A stretch of DNA of 64,000 nucleotides from Ranitomeya imitator (lineage: Eukaryota), in contig NC_091289.1 of assembly GCF_032444005.1 (NCBI RefSeq), forward strand, positions 171,554,001 through 171,618,000. The letters run 5' to 3'. A program made the translations under genes and the position numbers. A model generated the notes under the pieces. That model had not been told where the DNA came from and did not search any database. It saw nothing but the letters and a program-made list of their open reading frames with translations. Each line of letters starts with the position of its first letter. The stretch's first letter is position 1. This document shows positions 35,877-49,099 of the stretch, piece after piece.

Positions 35877-36761
35877 CTAGGAAAAGACAAGACAGCAATA
35901 AGTATAGTACAGCAATGATCAACTTATTCATTCGACACAAACACAATATTAAAAGAGTAACTACATTTTTTTTGTTGAATTTTTTTATGAATCTTTCTAC
36001 TCACTTTACTAGAGAATCTGTCTTCATGCTTCTAAAAAAAAGTGCATGTAATTGACTTCCAGGCTCCTGCTTTTCCCTTCTTTTTGGCTGCCTTCAGCTG
36101 CATGAATATCAGAGCATATTCATTTGGAGTACAGATGATGGCAGTGAAAGGATCAGCAACGATCTCCTCTGCTGAGTGTTGTGCTTCCAGAACTCTCTCC
36201 TGCAGCAGCTTACTTCCAGAGTTAGTGAAACACAAGCACTGGGCCGACACATCACTGCCATCATCTGTACTCCAAACGAGAATGGTCTGATATCACTGCA
36301 GCTGAAGGCAGACAAACAAACTGGGGAACATCACGTGATTGGAAGTCACTTCCATGCGATTTGGTTTTTTTTTTTGTTTTTTTTTTTTTACAGGCATGAA
36401 GACAAATCTCCAGAAAAAGTGATTTACAAAATGTTATAACTGTGATAGGACATTGATCCAGGAAGCTAGTCTGAATACTGTATGTGGAGTTGGGACGGAA
36501 GTTTTCCCTTAATATGGGGCAATTAGCATCTGCCCCATTGCCTTCCTCTGAATCAATATGTTACGACATAGGCCTTCAGTCTAAAAAGCAAAAAAAGAAT
36601 TCCAGCTCGACGAGGCAGTGAAAAGTAAAAATTCAGTCTAAAAAACATAAAACTTTTCAAGCTCGACAAAATTATTTAAAAAAAAAAAAAAGTTTGATTA
36701 CTCTGTAACTTAGGAAAAAACAACACACATCATTCATTCCTAAGTATGCTGTAGTCCTCAC

Positions 36762-36844
36762 CTGCTGTGCTGCAGGACCTGGAGTAATGTCTTGTCCGGA
36801 TCTACCTGGTAAAAGGACTGAGACATTTCATCCTCAAAGAAGAT
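36762..36844 (-). CDS. TTC4: TTC4 coding exon 9 (source of the duplicated copies at 31.9 and 32.5 kb)
   Basis: Poly-T gcag|...|gtgagg. Encodes IFFEDEMSQSFYQVDPDKTLLQVLQHSR. Confidence 0.93.
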
Positions 36845-37612
36845 CTGCAAAAAAAAAAAAAGATGAGATTGTAGACATTCTCCCTGCACTAGTGCATAAA
36901 TCAAGCAGACGAAGCACTAGGTATACATGTTGTTCCCATGTGATGGATACAGCTATTTGATTTTAATAATGGAGAACTATGTCTCTATTAAATTGTTGAC
37001 CACCTTATCATGTGTCATGTTGCTGGACTTATAGTTATGAGCTGTAATTTGTGGGGGAACCTAAAAAGTGTTCAGCTCCATGGGGAAAATTAAAGGGTTT
37101 GTCCACTTTATTCTATCAGATGTGTTGGGAGGACATGATTTTGTGGTCCTTACTGGGGATGGTGCTGTCCAGCAGCCACGTCATTATGTTGTCTTCTGAC
37201 AGGAGCCTCGCAAACCGCCTGCTACCCAACTGCACCCTGATTCCTCTTTTGATTAGTCAGCCTGATGTGATGTCATCGTTGAGGTGTGATGTCATACCAG
37301 GCAGGCTACTCACAAGAGAAGCTGTGGATGCCGGCAGATGGCAGGGCTCCGTTCTGGCAGTCGTAGATTACTAACGTGGTCCTGTGAATCGATTTTCACC
37401 ATCTCTAGTACGCACTAACATTAGGTGATACAATTTAGTCAGTGACCCCTCTTTTGAGAGGCCTGTTACTGCAGCCTTCATCACAGGACTTCATCAACAT
37501 GGCCGCTGACGAAGGAGCCTGTTATGGGACCTGTCCGTCCGCCTCCAACTGAAACCACTGCACATGAAAACTAAAGACGTGACTACTTTGCAGAACGACT
37601 GTCTGTGCTGAC

Positions 37613-37697
37613 CTCTAGGTTATGAGCCACGTATTTTCTCTCTGTATCCCACGGTGGCAAATCCTGTGAGAACATTTCATTCAGATGATCTATAAAT
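37613..37697 (-). CDS. TTC4: TTC4 coding exon 8
   Basis: ttttag|...|gtcagc. Encodes FIDHLNEMFSQDLPPWDTERKYVAHNLE. Confidence 0.93.
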
Positions 37698-37793
37698 CTA
37701 AAAATAATAATTAAATGATGAACTGCAGAAACATGATGGAGTCACCAGAAACCCCATCTAACTATAGGGTGCAGTGAGAAATTCCCAGCCTAC

Positions 37794-38005
37794 CTGGAGT
37801 CTTCCTGAAATGCAGAGATGAAGTCCGTCTGACTGTGTTCGGGGTAGAAGAACAGCACCGGCCAATGAAGGCGGCCATTCTCATCTAAAAACACTTGTGC
37901 CCCAGTCACATTTTCAGAACTGGAGATGCCATTATGTACCGTTCCTACCGTCTCTTCCTCGTCATCTTCCTTGCTGCTTTGTTCTAGTAATTTTATTCCT
38001 CGTTC
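37794..38005 (-). CDS. TTC4: TTC4 coding exon 7
   Basis: ctatag|...|gtaggc. Encodes ERGIKLLEQ...GAQVFLDENGRLHWPVLFFYPEHSQTDFISAFQEDSR. Confidence 0.94.
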
Positions 38006-38917
38006 CTATAGTAAAAGTAAAATAATCATGATAATTACTTGTTCAGGTAAGTGCATCCTCCCACCCATCAACGGTTTACTCATCTAGGGATATTTAGAGG
38101 GTCGTCCTATCAGAGGAAGAATTCTCCACGTCTCCAGCTGCACTGTAACTGGGCCACTCACATCCGCAAACTGGGAGTATGCGCTCATCCGGACGAATGC
38201 AGGCGCTGACTGCCATTTACATGCACTAGTTTGATCAGAACAGTGCATTCTGTGATTTTTATTCCCACGCAGACCAATGGTCCGTGTGGAAAATCGGCCA
38301 CATGCACTGGCTGTAATGGGTACGTATAAATACACTAGTTTGATAGTCATACTCCGAACCAAGCCAGATGTCAACACGCCCCAGAACCGTTTGACCCCAT
38401 CCTGCACAGAGATGCGCACGCTCCAAGAACAGATTTAGTGAGAAGAAATACCCATAAATATATAATGTGTATATATTATTCAGGCAGCAGCAACATGTTT
38501 AAGCCACGTTCACAAGTTCAATATTTGGCCAGTATTTTTCAGTGAAAACCAGGAGTGGTGACATGTTTCTATTATACTTTTCCACTGATTGTTCAACTCC
38601 TGGTTTTGGCTTACAAATACTGAAGGAAAATACTGACCAAATACTGAATGTGTGAACGTGGCCTTAACTGATATCTGTGCGTTTACTTTCACAGTCTCCA
38701 GCCTTCTTTTCTCCAATTAAAAAATATGAACAATTAAATAGACATATTTGGACCTTTATGGACGCAGCGTTACCAAACTATGAAAGTAAAAAGTAAAATG
38801 GTCCTGTACTCAAGGGGTTAGCACAGTTTTGGGAAGTGGGACAGCGAGCGAGCTTCGGTGCCGTCCTCACTGCGCATTTTCATTTATTATTATGTTAAAC
38901 ATGTCTAATACTCTTGC

Positions 38918-39004
38918 CTTAATTGCACGCAGAAGAGAGTCGCTTTGGGCCTGCTTCTTCTTTTCTGTCTGTCTCAACTTCCTGGCATCTCGCTCTGCAG
39001 CCCT
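38918..39004 (-). CDS. TTC4: TTC4 coding exon 6 (followed by a GC donor)
   Basis: gtacag| acceptor. Encodes RAAERDARKLRQTEKKKQAQSDSLLRAIK; donor AAG|gcaaga. Confidence 0.88.
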
Positions 39005-40046
39005 CTGTACATGGAGAAAGAATTTTATTTCATATCATCCATTAAAAAAAAATAAAATAGCAAAAAAAATAACTCCATAAAGTCAAAGAACTTGACTATG
39101 TGCAGTCTGCCCACGACCAGCACACATGCCTGCACTGAGGTCCTTGTTATTACGGTATGTGATTTGCACACTTCTGATCACATTCCGACTAGACGTGTCC
39201 ACCCTAGCTCAATTCCCTTGTACTGAGCGAAGCTGCGGACGTCTGGTCGGCACGTGACCAAATGGACACAAATCACATACTTACAGTCACGTGACTGACT
39301 GCATCCGACACAGGAGAATCCCGTTCAGCGCATCCAATTAGTGCTGTAAAGCAGACGGAAAGTCCTAAGAAGTGCAATACACATTGAGAAGTGTCCAGCA
39401 TCCAACGGTCTAAACTTTCAAACTTGCAGCTTTTATAAAAGTTTCCATGCAGTCCATCATACGGTCAAAGCAAACATTACTAACGCATTTCAGGCACTCG
39501 ATCATGGCAGCCAATGCTTGGCCAGAAATGCGCATGCAATGTGTTTTACTCACATGATAAATGTTATCAATACCTTTAAAGTGTAGCTATACTTGGTAAT
39601 TGTTTTTGGCAAGTTGTATCCCAGCACTGCTGATTGGATATAGTCCGAGTCCTGAGACCTCCACCGATTACTCGATCCAAGGAGCAGAATACTCAGCCTA
39701 TGCATGAGCAGGATGGTGTACAGACTTTCTAATGAGCCAAACACCGCTGTGCTCGAGACCCCACTGAACATGAGAATGGGAATCACAAAGTCCCCTTTGT
39801 GAATGAAGTGTTAAAGAGCCTGACAAGTGCTTACCAATGCTTCATTCACCCAGGAGGAACAGTGGAGTCTCAGCAGATGGACCCACACCAATCATTCATT
39901 TATCGCTGATTATTTATGGGCCAACCCCTTTAACATTTCCAAAATTCGATGACTATATATCAAACAAGGTCTTATTTTTATATGTAACTGATAACCATAT
40001 ACACATCGGCCCTGCGGTAAGGACCAGCTATTCTTTTTTTACTTAC

Positions 40047-40171
40047 AAGAAGTTTATCCGCTTTCGTCCTTATTTCCAAAAGTTTCTTCTCCGTTGGACT
40101 GATCTGTAAGCCTTCATCGCACCATTTCAACGTTTCAGAGTAATTCTTTATTTCCATGTAGCACAGAGCAC
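40047..40171 (-). CDS. TTC4: TTC4 coding exon 5 (TPR3)
   Basis: ttttag|...|gtaagt. Encodes GALCYMEIKNYSETLKWCDEGLQISPTEKKLLEIRTKADKLL. Confidence 0.94.
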
Positions 40172-40583
40172 CTAAAACAGGACACATGGAGTATCCGGCA
40201 TCAACTTATAACATTAAATCGGATGAGGCACCAAACATATGCTTTTATTTTTATTCCCTCAAAACAGGTAGAAAAAAAGTAAAATAAACAGTCCTATATT
40301 CAACCTATAAAACCAAACATCTGGAACTGGCTCTGGCTGCGAGGCCCCTAAGAGTTGCAGGTCGGCCCCACTGTCCTGGCTTCAGTAAAACATCATGGAG
40401 CAATCCGTACATGCGCTGGCTGATAATAGTTAGGACTGTGCTTGGTGGGGTGGGGGTCGGTAAGAAAATAATTTTTGGAACTGCCAAAAACTAAACAAAC
40501 ATTAACATCCCTCACAAAAAAAATTAAAAGAAAAACAAACAAACAAATGATGATTAAGATGATGTTTAGTTTGGACTAATTAC

Positions 40584-40661
40584 CTCGAATCACTGCCTTT
40601 AAATGGTCTGACTTCTGCTTTCTTGCAGCAATTGCATCATTAAGAGAGGAGCGGTAATTGC
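40584..40661 (-). CDS. TTC4: TTC4 coding exon 4
   Basis: ctccag|...|gtaatt. Encodes GNYRSSLNDAIAARKQKSDHLKAVIR. Confidence 0.94.
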
Positions 40662-40911
40662 CTGGAGAGAACAGAACAACTTGGTTTATTTTTACATAAA
40701 TAAAAAATTGAATGAACGTGTTCAGATAAGGTGTTATCTGAGCATGCTCGTGTGCTAACAAATGTGTCTTCAGCATGCTCAAATAATATATTCGAGTCCC
40801 CGCAGCTGCATGTTGCCCAACCCTAATATCTGCATCTTATGAAAAATATGTATGCAATATGTTTTATGATCAGATCATCTTTTTTTAATTGTGGTCATCA
40901 CACACACTCAC

Positions 40912-41073
40912 CTAGATAAAACTGAGCCGCTGCCCGGTTGGTGTACAGCACCGCATTCAGCTCTGCATCCTTACAACTCTTTTTGATGCCCTCTGTGTAA
41001 GCGATGATGGCTTTCTTGTAATTCTTTTCTTTGAAGTAGTCATTTCCCTCTTCTTTATAGCATTTGGCTTGTT
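40912..41073 (-). CDS. TTC4: TTC4 coding exon 3 (TPR1-2)
   Basis: gcgcag|...|gtgagt. Encodes EQAKCYKEEGNDYFKEKNYKKAIIAYTEGIKK...LNAVLYTNRAAAQFYL. Confidence 0.95.
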
Positions 41074-41165
41074 CTGCGCAATCAAGATTAAAGGGATTGT
41101 ATGACATCACAAAAAAAATTGCTCTCCTCCATCAACTGGATCTGGCATTACAGCTCTTGACGAAC

Positions 41166-42570
41166 CAGAGCCCTGCAAACCACATCCTACCTGGGCCAGG
41201 GTCCTGCAAACCACATCCGACCTGGGCCAGAGCCCTGCAAACCACATCCGACCTGGGCCAGAGCCCTGCAAACCACATCCGACCTGGGCCAGAGCCCTGC
41301 AAACCACATCCGACCTGGGCCAGAGCCCTGCAAACCACATCCGACCTGGGCCAGAGCCCTGCAAACCACATCCGACCTGGGCCAGAGCCCTGCAAACCAC
41401 ATCCGACCTGGGCCAGAGCCCTGCAAACCACATCCGACCTGGGCCAGAGCCCTGCAAACCACATCCGACCTGGGCCAGAGCCCTGCAAACCACATCCGAC
41501 CTGGGCCAGAGCCCTGCAAACCACATCCGACCTGGGCCAGAGCCCTGCAAACCACATCCGACCTGGGCCAGAGCCCTGCAAACCACATCCGACCTGGGCC
41601 AGAGCCCTGCAAACCACATCCGACCTGGGCCAGGGTCCTGCAAACCACATCCGACCTGGGCCAGAGCCCTGCAAACCACATCCGACCTGGGCCAGGGTCC
41701 TGCAAACCACATCCGACCTGGGCCAGGGTCCTGCAAACCACATCCGACCTGGGCCAGGGTCCTGCAAACCACATCCGACCTGGGCCAGGGTCCTGCAAAC
41801 CACATCCGACCTGGGCCAGGGTCCTGCAAACCACATCCGACCTGGGCCAGGGTCCTGCAAACCACATCCGACCTGGGCCAGGGTCCTGCAAACCACATCC
41901 GACCTGGGCCAGGGTCCTGCAAACCACATCCGACCTGGGCCAGAGCCCTGCAAACCACATCCGACCTGGGCCAGAGCCCTGCAAACCACATCCGACCTGG
42001 GCCAGAGCCCTGCAAACCACATCCGACCTGGGCCAGGGTCCTGCAAACCACATCCGACCTGGGCCAGGGTCCTGCAAACCACATCCGACCTGGGCCAGGG
42101 TCCTGCAAACCACATCCGACCTGGGCCAGGGTCCTGCAAACCACATCCGACCTGGGCCAGGGTCCTGCAAACCACATCCGACCTGGGCCAGGGTCCTGCA
42201 AACCACATCCGACCTGGGCCAGGGTCCTGCAAACCACATCCGACCTGGGCCAGGGTCCTGCAAACCACATCCGACCTGGGCCAGGGTCCTGCAAACCACA
42301 TCCGACCTGGGCCAGGGTCCTGCAAACCACATCCGACCTGGGCCAGGGTCCTGCAAACCACATCCGACCTGGGCCAGGGTCCTGCAAACCACATCCGACC
42401 TGGGCCAGGGTCCTGCAAACCACATCCGACCTGGGCCAGGGTCCTGCAAACCACATCCGACCTGGGCCAGGGTCCTGCAAACCACATCCGACCTGGGCCA
42501 GGGTCCTGCAAACCACATCCGACCTGGGCCAGGGTCCTGCAAACCACATCCGACCTGGGCCAGGGTCCTG
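41166..42570. repeat. 31-bp minisatellite, about 45 copies, in TTC4 intron 2
   Basis: Unit cca[gagccc/gggtcc]tgcaaaccacatccgacctggg. Confidence 0.97.
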
Positions 42571-43145
42571 CGAATCGATTCGTTCATCTCTAGCATATAA
42601 GTATTCCAGGTTCTCCTCCTGCACCATCCTTACAGCCTGCACAGATCTTCTGTCCAGCAAACGGCTGCTGATGGAGGAGCCTGTGTCCCGACCTCTCCAT
42701 CAACCTCCTTCAATTTAAAGAGACCGCACACAGGAAACCATTTATTTTTTATCGGAGGTGGTTGATGGACAGGTGGGGTCACATGCTTCTCCGCAGGCAG
42801 TATAGAAAGCTTTTAAGAACCTTTAATAGTTATATATTATTAGGTGTCATAAAATCCTGTCCCCCAAACACTTATATATATAAAAAAAAAAAAGTAGACC
42901 ACCCCTTTAAGTAACTTGCCAGCCTGTGTTGCCAACGTAAGCCAGGCATGTCAACATCGACAGTATACTGGAAAATGATGAACTATTAAATGGCCGGACT
43001 GGGATAGTAAGGAAAAAAATCCATATTCACTGCCAGCAATTAGAGATCTTAAATATTGTAGGACAATAAGACAGTATAGTAAAAACTTGCACAGAATTAT
43101 GTGCCAAATAATTACACCTTATGCACATGCCGCTGCACACAATAC

Positions 43146-43263
43146 CTTCAGGGGATCGATCATTGTCAAAGAGCATAGACTGGAGGCAGGCCAGGTCCGG
43201 GGCTTTCTCTGGGTCAATTTCATCCGGAGCTGTCTTCATAAACATAGGAATCTTCTCAAACTC
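43146..43263 (-). CDS. TTC4: TTC4 coding exon 2
   Basis: ctgtag|...|gtattg. Encodes EFEKIPMFMKTAPDEIDPEKAPDLACLQSMLFDNDRSPE. Confidence 0.94.
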
Positions 43264-43483
43264 CTACAGTGGATGTAGAAAATGAACGTTACATCTTGGG
43301 ATATCACACACCAGGCCATATAACATCTGCTGTACTCTCCCAGTAAGTATGGGATGGATTGTGTAGGTAAAGGTATGCAGTCCACCCGATGTGTACGATG
43401 CAGAGCTCTACAGCCTATAGGTTATATCGCCCGGACTACCATGATTAAAAAATACACTCATCACCTAATAAGTCAGGACTCAC

Positions 43484-43588
43484 CTCCTGCCAGTTGTCCT
43501 CATTGAACGCCCCCTTGTATTTCTGCTTTCGGAATTTATCCATAAACTGGTCCATGACTTCATCTTCCTCCGGCTGCTTCGGATCCAT
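43484..43588 (-). CDS. TTC4: TTC4 first coding exon (exon begins at acceptor 43604, so a 5'UTR exon lies upstream)
   Basis: Encodes MDPKQPEEDEVMDQFMDKFRKQKYKGAFNEDNWQE; |gtgagt donor; ttttacag acceptor 16 nt before the ATG. Confidence 0.9.
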
Positions 43589-44006
43589 GACAGCGCAGGA
43601 TTTCCTGTAAAATACAGACATCCAAGTGATTCCATATATATTTTTTAATTAATTTTGCTTACAAGATACAACGAAGATTTGAGAAAGTTTGGATGTGCGA
43701 GGGCCTGTACGATTACTGACTGCAACATAAGGGAAGGCAAAAGGGTCTGCAATCACTTTTATAGTGGTCCCAGCTGATCAGACTCATGGCCACCTCTGCA
43801 TTCATCCTCCTACTAGACAGGGCAGGGGTCAGGGACACATATCCTGGTGCTCTGATTCCATATTTATGAAGGGGGGGACCTAACATCAAAAGCACATCAT
43901 AAGCCACATATCAAACAGTTTGCACTCCCATCTACTATATAATACTGCAATACACTGCATCTTCTATGCAGGGAGCTGCAATAGGGCAAGAGAAGCCCAC
44001 ACCATA

Positions 44007-45907
44007 TAGTACAGACCTAAAGTTTGGACACACCTCATTTAAAGATTTTTCTGTATTTTCCTGACTATGAAAATTGTACATTCACACTGAAAGCATCAAA
44101 ACTATGAATTAACACATGTGGAATTATATACTTAACAAAAAAGTGTGAAACAACTGAAATTATGTCTTATATTCTAGGTTCTTCAAAGTAGCCACCTTTT
44201 GCTTTGATGACTGCTTTGCACACTCTTGGCATTCTCTTGATGAGCTTCAAGAGGTAGTCACCGGGAATAATCTTCCAACAATCTTGAAGGAGTTCCCAGA
44301 GATGCTTAGCACTTGTTGGCCCTTTTGCCTTCACTCTGCGGTCCAGCTCACCCCAAACCATCTCGATTGGGTTCAGGTCTGGTGACTGTGGAGGCCAGGT
44401 CATCTGGGGTAGCACCCCATCACTCTCCCTCTTGGTCAAATAGCCCTTACACAGCCTGGAGGTGTGTTTGGGGTCATTGTCCTGTTGAAAAATAAATGAT
44501 GGTCAAACTAAACGCAAACCAGATGGAATAGCATGTCGCTGCAAGATGCTGTGGTAGCCATGCAGGTTCAGTATGCCTTCAATTTTGAATAAATCTCCAA
44601 CAGTATCACCAGCAAAGCACCCCCACACCATCACACCTCCTCCTCCATGCTTCACGGTGGGAACCAGGCATGTAGAGTCCATCCGTTCACCTTTTCTGCG
44701 TCGCATCAAGACACGGTGGTTGGAACCAAAGATTTCAAATTTGGACTCATCAGACCAAAGCACAGATTTCCACTGGTCCAATGTCCATTCCTTGTGTTCT
44801 TTAGCCCAAACAAGTCTCTTCTGCTTGTTGCCTGTCCTTAGCAGTGGTTTCCTAGCAGCTATTTTACCATAAAGGCCTTGACCTGGTCTCTAATCTGAGC
44901 TGCTGTTAACCTGTGATTTCTGATGCTGGTGACTCGGATAAACTTGTCCTCAGAAGCAGAGGTGACTCTTGGTCTTCCTTTCCTGGGGCGGTCCTCATGT
45001 GAGCCAGTTTCTTTGTAGCGCTTGATGGTTTTTACAACTGCACTTGAGGACACTTTCAAAGTTTTCACAATTTTTCGGACTGACTGACCTTCATTTCTTA
45101 AAGTAATGATGGCCACTCATTTTTCTTTACTTAGAATTTGTATTATGGCAAGAAAAAAGCAGCTAACAGTCTATTGAGTAGGACTATCAGCTGTGTATCC
45201 ACCAGACTTCTGCTCAACACAATTGATGGTCCCAACACCATTTATAAGGCAAGAAATCCCACTTATTAAACCTGACAGGGCACACCTTTGAAGTGAAAAC
45301 TAGGGGCGACTTACTTTTTTAGGGTCGAGTCGGGTTTCGCGAAACCAGACTATCTCTAAAGTCGAGTCGAGTGAAATCGGCCGATTATGGCGAAAAGTCA
45401 ATGCCTTCTCCTTCTTCATAGGTGTCCACGCCCCTAAGACCCATGTCATCACTCTGCCCACGCTCCTTCATTGGCTGAAAAAATGGCGCCAAGCGCATCA
45501 TATGAAATGCGACTTTGGCGCGAAAGTCGCGTACCGCATGGCCGACCCCAAACAGGGATCGGGTTTCATGAAACCTGACTTTGCCAAAAGTCAGCGACTT
45601 TTGAAAATGAACGATCCGTTTCGCTCAACCCTAGTGAAAACCATTTCCGGTGACTACCTCTTGAAGCTCATCAAGAGAATGCCAAGAGTGTGCAAAGCAG
45701 TCATCAAAGCAAAAGGTGGCTACTTTGAAGAACCTAGAATATAAGACATAATTTCAGTTGTTTCACACTTTTTTGTTAAATATATAATTCCACATGTGTT
45801 AATTCATAATTTTGATGACTTCAGTGTGAATGTACAATTTTCATAGTCATGAAAAAACAGAAAAATCTTTAAATGAGAAGGTGTGTCCAAACTTTTGGTC
45901 TGTACTG
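44007..45907 (-). mobile_element. Degenerate Tc1 transposon with ~260-bp TIRs
   Basis: Termini agtacagacc.aaagtttggacacacc; frameshifted transposase (WKSVLWSDESKF, VKHGGGGVMVWGCF, WPPQSPDLNPIE). Confidence 0.92.
45301..45633. mobile_element. hAT MITE nested in the Tc1
   Basis: Perfect 8-bp TSD gtgaaaac (45293-45300 and 45634-45641). Confidence 0.8.
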
Positions 45908-46387
45908 TATATTGGCTCATTGTTAAAGGGGAAAACAAAAGATGCCATTGGACATCCCCTTTTAAAACCAGATAGGCACAATATAAACCAGGGGAGACAT
46001 ATTCCCAGGGACCATAGTACTCGGACCAGCAGTCTCATTTTGCAGGCTCTTAAATTGCTCATTACGTGGCGAGCGCATACACGCAAAAGTCACTACTGAA
46101 AGTTGAGGAGCATGCAATGAAGGATTACTGTGTCAAGATGTACTATGTAGGCACAGTCAGCGAGCTTTGCATTCCCGTCCTACCAATAAAGACAACAGTC
46201 TCGGCGTCTCCTATGTGATGTATACACAGCAGTCTCGGCGTCTCCTATGTGATATACAGAAGAAACGAATGGCTGGCACACGACTTATGTTTGGATGTGT
46301 GGTGCTAGTGAACGGAGTCAAAGATCCCATAGATAAGTAAAGTTAATAATCACTGCACTCATACCAGCATACCACCATACACAGCAG

Positions 46388-47449
46388 CAGGGCCGGCTCC
46401 AGGTTTTTGAGGGCCCCGGGCGAACGAGTCTCAGTGGGCCCCCCCAACCCCCCCCTTTAACACATAAAAGCTGCATTTTGCATGCGTTGTGCGTTGCGTC
46501 GCCGACGCAGCACCGCACAACGCAAATGTGAACGTAGCCTAATAAAGTCGCCGGGTCTGCAAAGGGTTAAGAAAGGGGGGGTGCCCCGGAATCCCCCTGA
46601 GATCACGTCACAGCGGCCCCAGAGCCCCAAAAACCATGTCCAGCACATTACACCCGGCCTGGGGGCAGTGCAGCACCCACATAATCACTGGCACTGCACG
46701 CAGCTTTCTGACCATCTTGCTCCTGAATGAGCTTTATTAATTTGAGGGCAGACCTGACCCACTGACCAGCCAGGCTCAGCAGCAGCCAGCCAGGCTGCAT
46801 CCCATATAATTCCACTCCCCCGGTCCCCCCCCCTTTTCCCTGCAAAGTGCAGCGTTGGGAGTTGGGACAGACCCTCACCCCCCTCACCGAAGACGAGTCA
46901 CTGACTCACACTCACTGCGTCGCCGGCCCCCTCGTTGTGGACAGCAGGAGAGGGTGCACCGTCCTCACTGCAGGCTGCAGCTGCTGCTCGTCTTCTCCTC
47001 CCGCTTGGCGCTGCCGGACCTGTCCTCTCCTCATGTCCTGGATGGTGGACGCTGGACCGGAGTGGGAAGGCTTCAGCGGCGCCAGCGAACGGTGCGGTCC
47101 GACTCCGAACGGCTCTCTCTCTGTCCTCTCCTTGCTCTAGGATGACGAGCCCGCCGACCGGATGTAACAGAATAGATGACCCAGCGACCCGGAAGTGTCT
47201 TCTGTATCCATGGTGAGGGCCGGCAGAGGTGAGTATTGCTGCTATTGCAGCTGCGCAGCGCCAGGCGCCAGCGAAATGGCCTCAGACATAGCTGACTGCG
47301 CCCCCTGCAGCCAAGGCGCTGCCGGGCGACGTGTGGATGTAGTGAATGACGCGCGCTGGCGGCTGACGTGTACTACCATAAATGGGCCCCCCCGTCTTGC
47401 CAGGGCCCCGGCATTTGCCCGGGTGCGCCGGGTGCTGACGCCGGCCCTG
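46388..47449. mobile_element. hAT-type non-autonomous element
   Basis: TIR cagggccggc / gccggccctg; perfect 8-bp TSD cacagcag. Confidence 0.85.
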
Positions 47450-48090
47450 CACAGCAGTCTCGGCGTCTCCTATGCGACGTCTACACAGCAGTCTCGGTGT
47501 CTCCTATGCGACGTCTACACAGCAGTCTCGGCGTCTCCTATGCGACGTCTACACAGCAGTCTCGGCGTCTCCTATGCGACGTCTACACAGCAGTCTCGGC
47601 GTCTCCCATGCGACGTCTACACAGCAGTCTCGGCGTCTCCCATGCGACGTCTACACAGCAGTCTCGGCGTCTCCCATGTGACGTCTACACAGCAGTCTCG
47701 GCGTCTCCCATGTGATCTATAAACAGCAGTCTCGGTGTCTCCAATGTGATCTATATACAGCAGTATGTGATACATACAGCAGTCTCGGAGTCTCCTATGT
47801 GATACATGTACAGTAGTCTCTGAGTCTCCTATGTGATACATGTACAGCAGTCTCTGAGTCTCCTATGTGATACATATACAGCAGTCTCTGAGTCTCCTAT
47901 GTGATACATATACAGCAGTCTCTGAGTCTCCTATGTGATACATATACAGCAGTCTCTGATGTGATCTATATACAGCAGTATGTGATACATACAGCAGTCT
48001 CGGAGTCTCCTATGTGATACATATACAGCAGTCTCTGAGTCTCCTATGTGATACATATACAGCAGTCTCGGAGTCTCTTATGTGATGTAT
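47450..48090. repeat. ~34-bp minisatellite (cacagcagtctcggcgtctcctatgcgacgtcta and variants); more units at 46190-46260
   Basis: Tandem units; the array is split by the hAT insertion. Confidence 0.9.
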
Positions 48091-48091
48091 A

Positions 48092-48905
48092 TGTAACGTG
48101 GCGGTAGCTGTGAGCGAGGTACTTATCCCTTACGCCCTGGCACATTACATGAAGGGGGGGTCCAGGCAGGGTGTGTGGATTTGTGCTGTGAGGGAGCTAC
48201 GCCCATGCAGGCCGCATGAAACCAGTGCAAAACAAACCTTTTACTGAACATTAACGTGGGGAGGGATATATACATATATACAGTAGATAGCGGGCACATA
48301 GCTTTACAAACATTTCCCTGATAATGCGTAACATTTTCCTCACACAAATTCAATCCCTTTCGCTTCTCTTTACTTGTTCTCAGTCTTCACAGTACAGTAC
48401 AGATAGCAAGAGTCCTTTACTCGACCCGCGGTTCTGCGTATTCTTTCCCCTTAGGGGAACTATGGTGCCAGTATGGCCGGTACGTATCTTCTCTTCTGAT
48501 GCTCCGGAACACCTGCCCAGGGCACTCCTCCATCTTGTGTACTCTGTCCTGTCTAGCCCCGACCGTTACCTTTCGGCGTTATAAACTCTGAGCCTTACTG
48601 CTCAGCATCCTCTTCCAGGACCCGTCTCCAAAAAACTCACTCTGTCACTAGTCTTCGTTTCCGCTCTGGATCACACTCTCTCTTTTTCCTGGTCTCCTCT
48701 CACTTCTAGGGACACCCACAAAATGCAGCACTGCTCACACTAGACCTTAGGTCCCTTTTCTCTACACTCTGGTCCCTATCTCTTTCCCTTCAGCTTAGCC
48801 TCTCCCACTCTGGGCTAGTCCCAAAGTTAACTCTATCTGTCCCTGTTACCTATCTGCTGCTGGGCAGAATACAGCCTAGTCACCAACAACACAGATCACT
48901 ACACA
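48092..48905. mobile_element. LTR-like remnant
   Basis: tgtaac start and CA-ending candidate; no clear TSD. Confidence 0.4.
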
Positions 48906-49099
48906 TCTGTTCCCACGGCCCCTGCTGTACACCAGTGCAATGACAGTACTGACTCAGAGTAGAGCTACTGCAAACGAGAGGGCCTACAAGTCAGAAAGAG
49001 CTACCACATGGATGCCATGCTGGTACATGTACTTCTTCTAACAGGGCAGCGCAATGCCCATGTATGAGACAAATAAGAGCCTACCTGGAGAAATTAACC

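Noticed and set aside
41064-42660. ORFs of 469-517 aa on both strands
   Set aside because: They are translations of a stop-free 31-bp minisatellite (31-aa periodicity over three units) in a TTC4 intron.
44730-44760. CUGAUGA...GAAA hammerhead-like string on the minus strand
   Set aside because: It falls in Tc1 coding sequence (WSDESKFE) and lacks stems and a cleavage triplet.
45645-45744. Second, inverted copy of the Tc1 transposase C-terminus (DYLLKLIKRMPRVCKAVIKAKGGYFEE)
   Set aside because: It lies within the element's long TIR, which overlaps the ORF end; this is a family trait rather than a new rearrangement.
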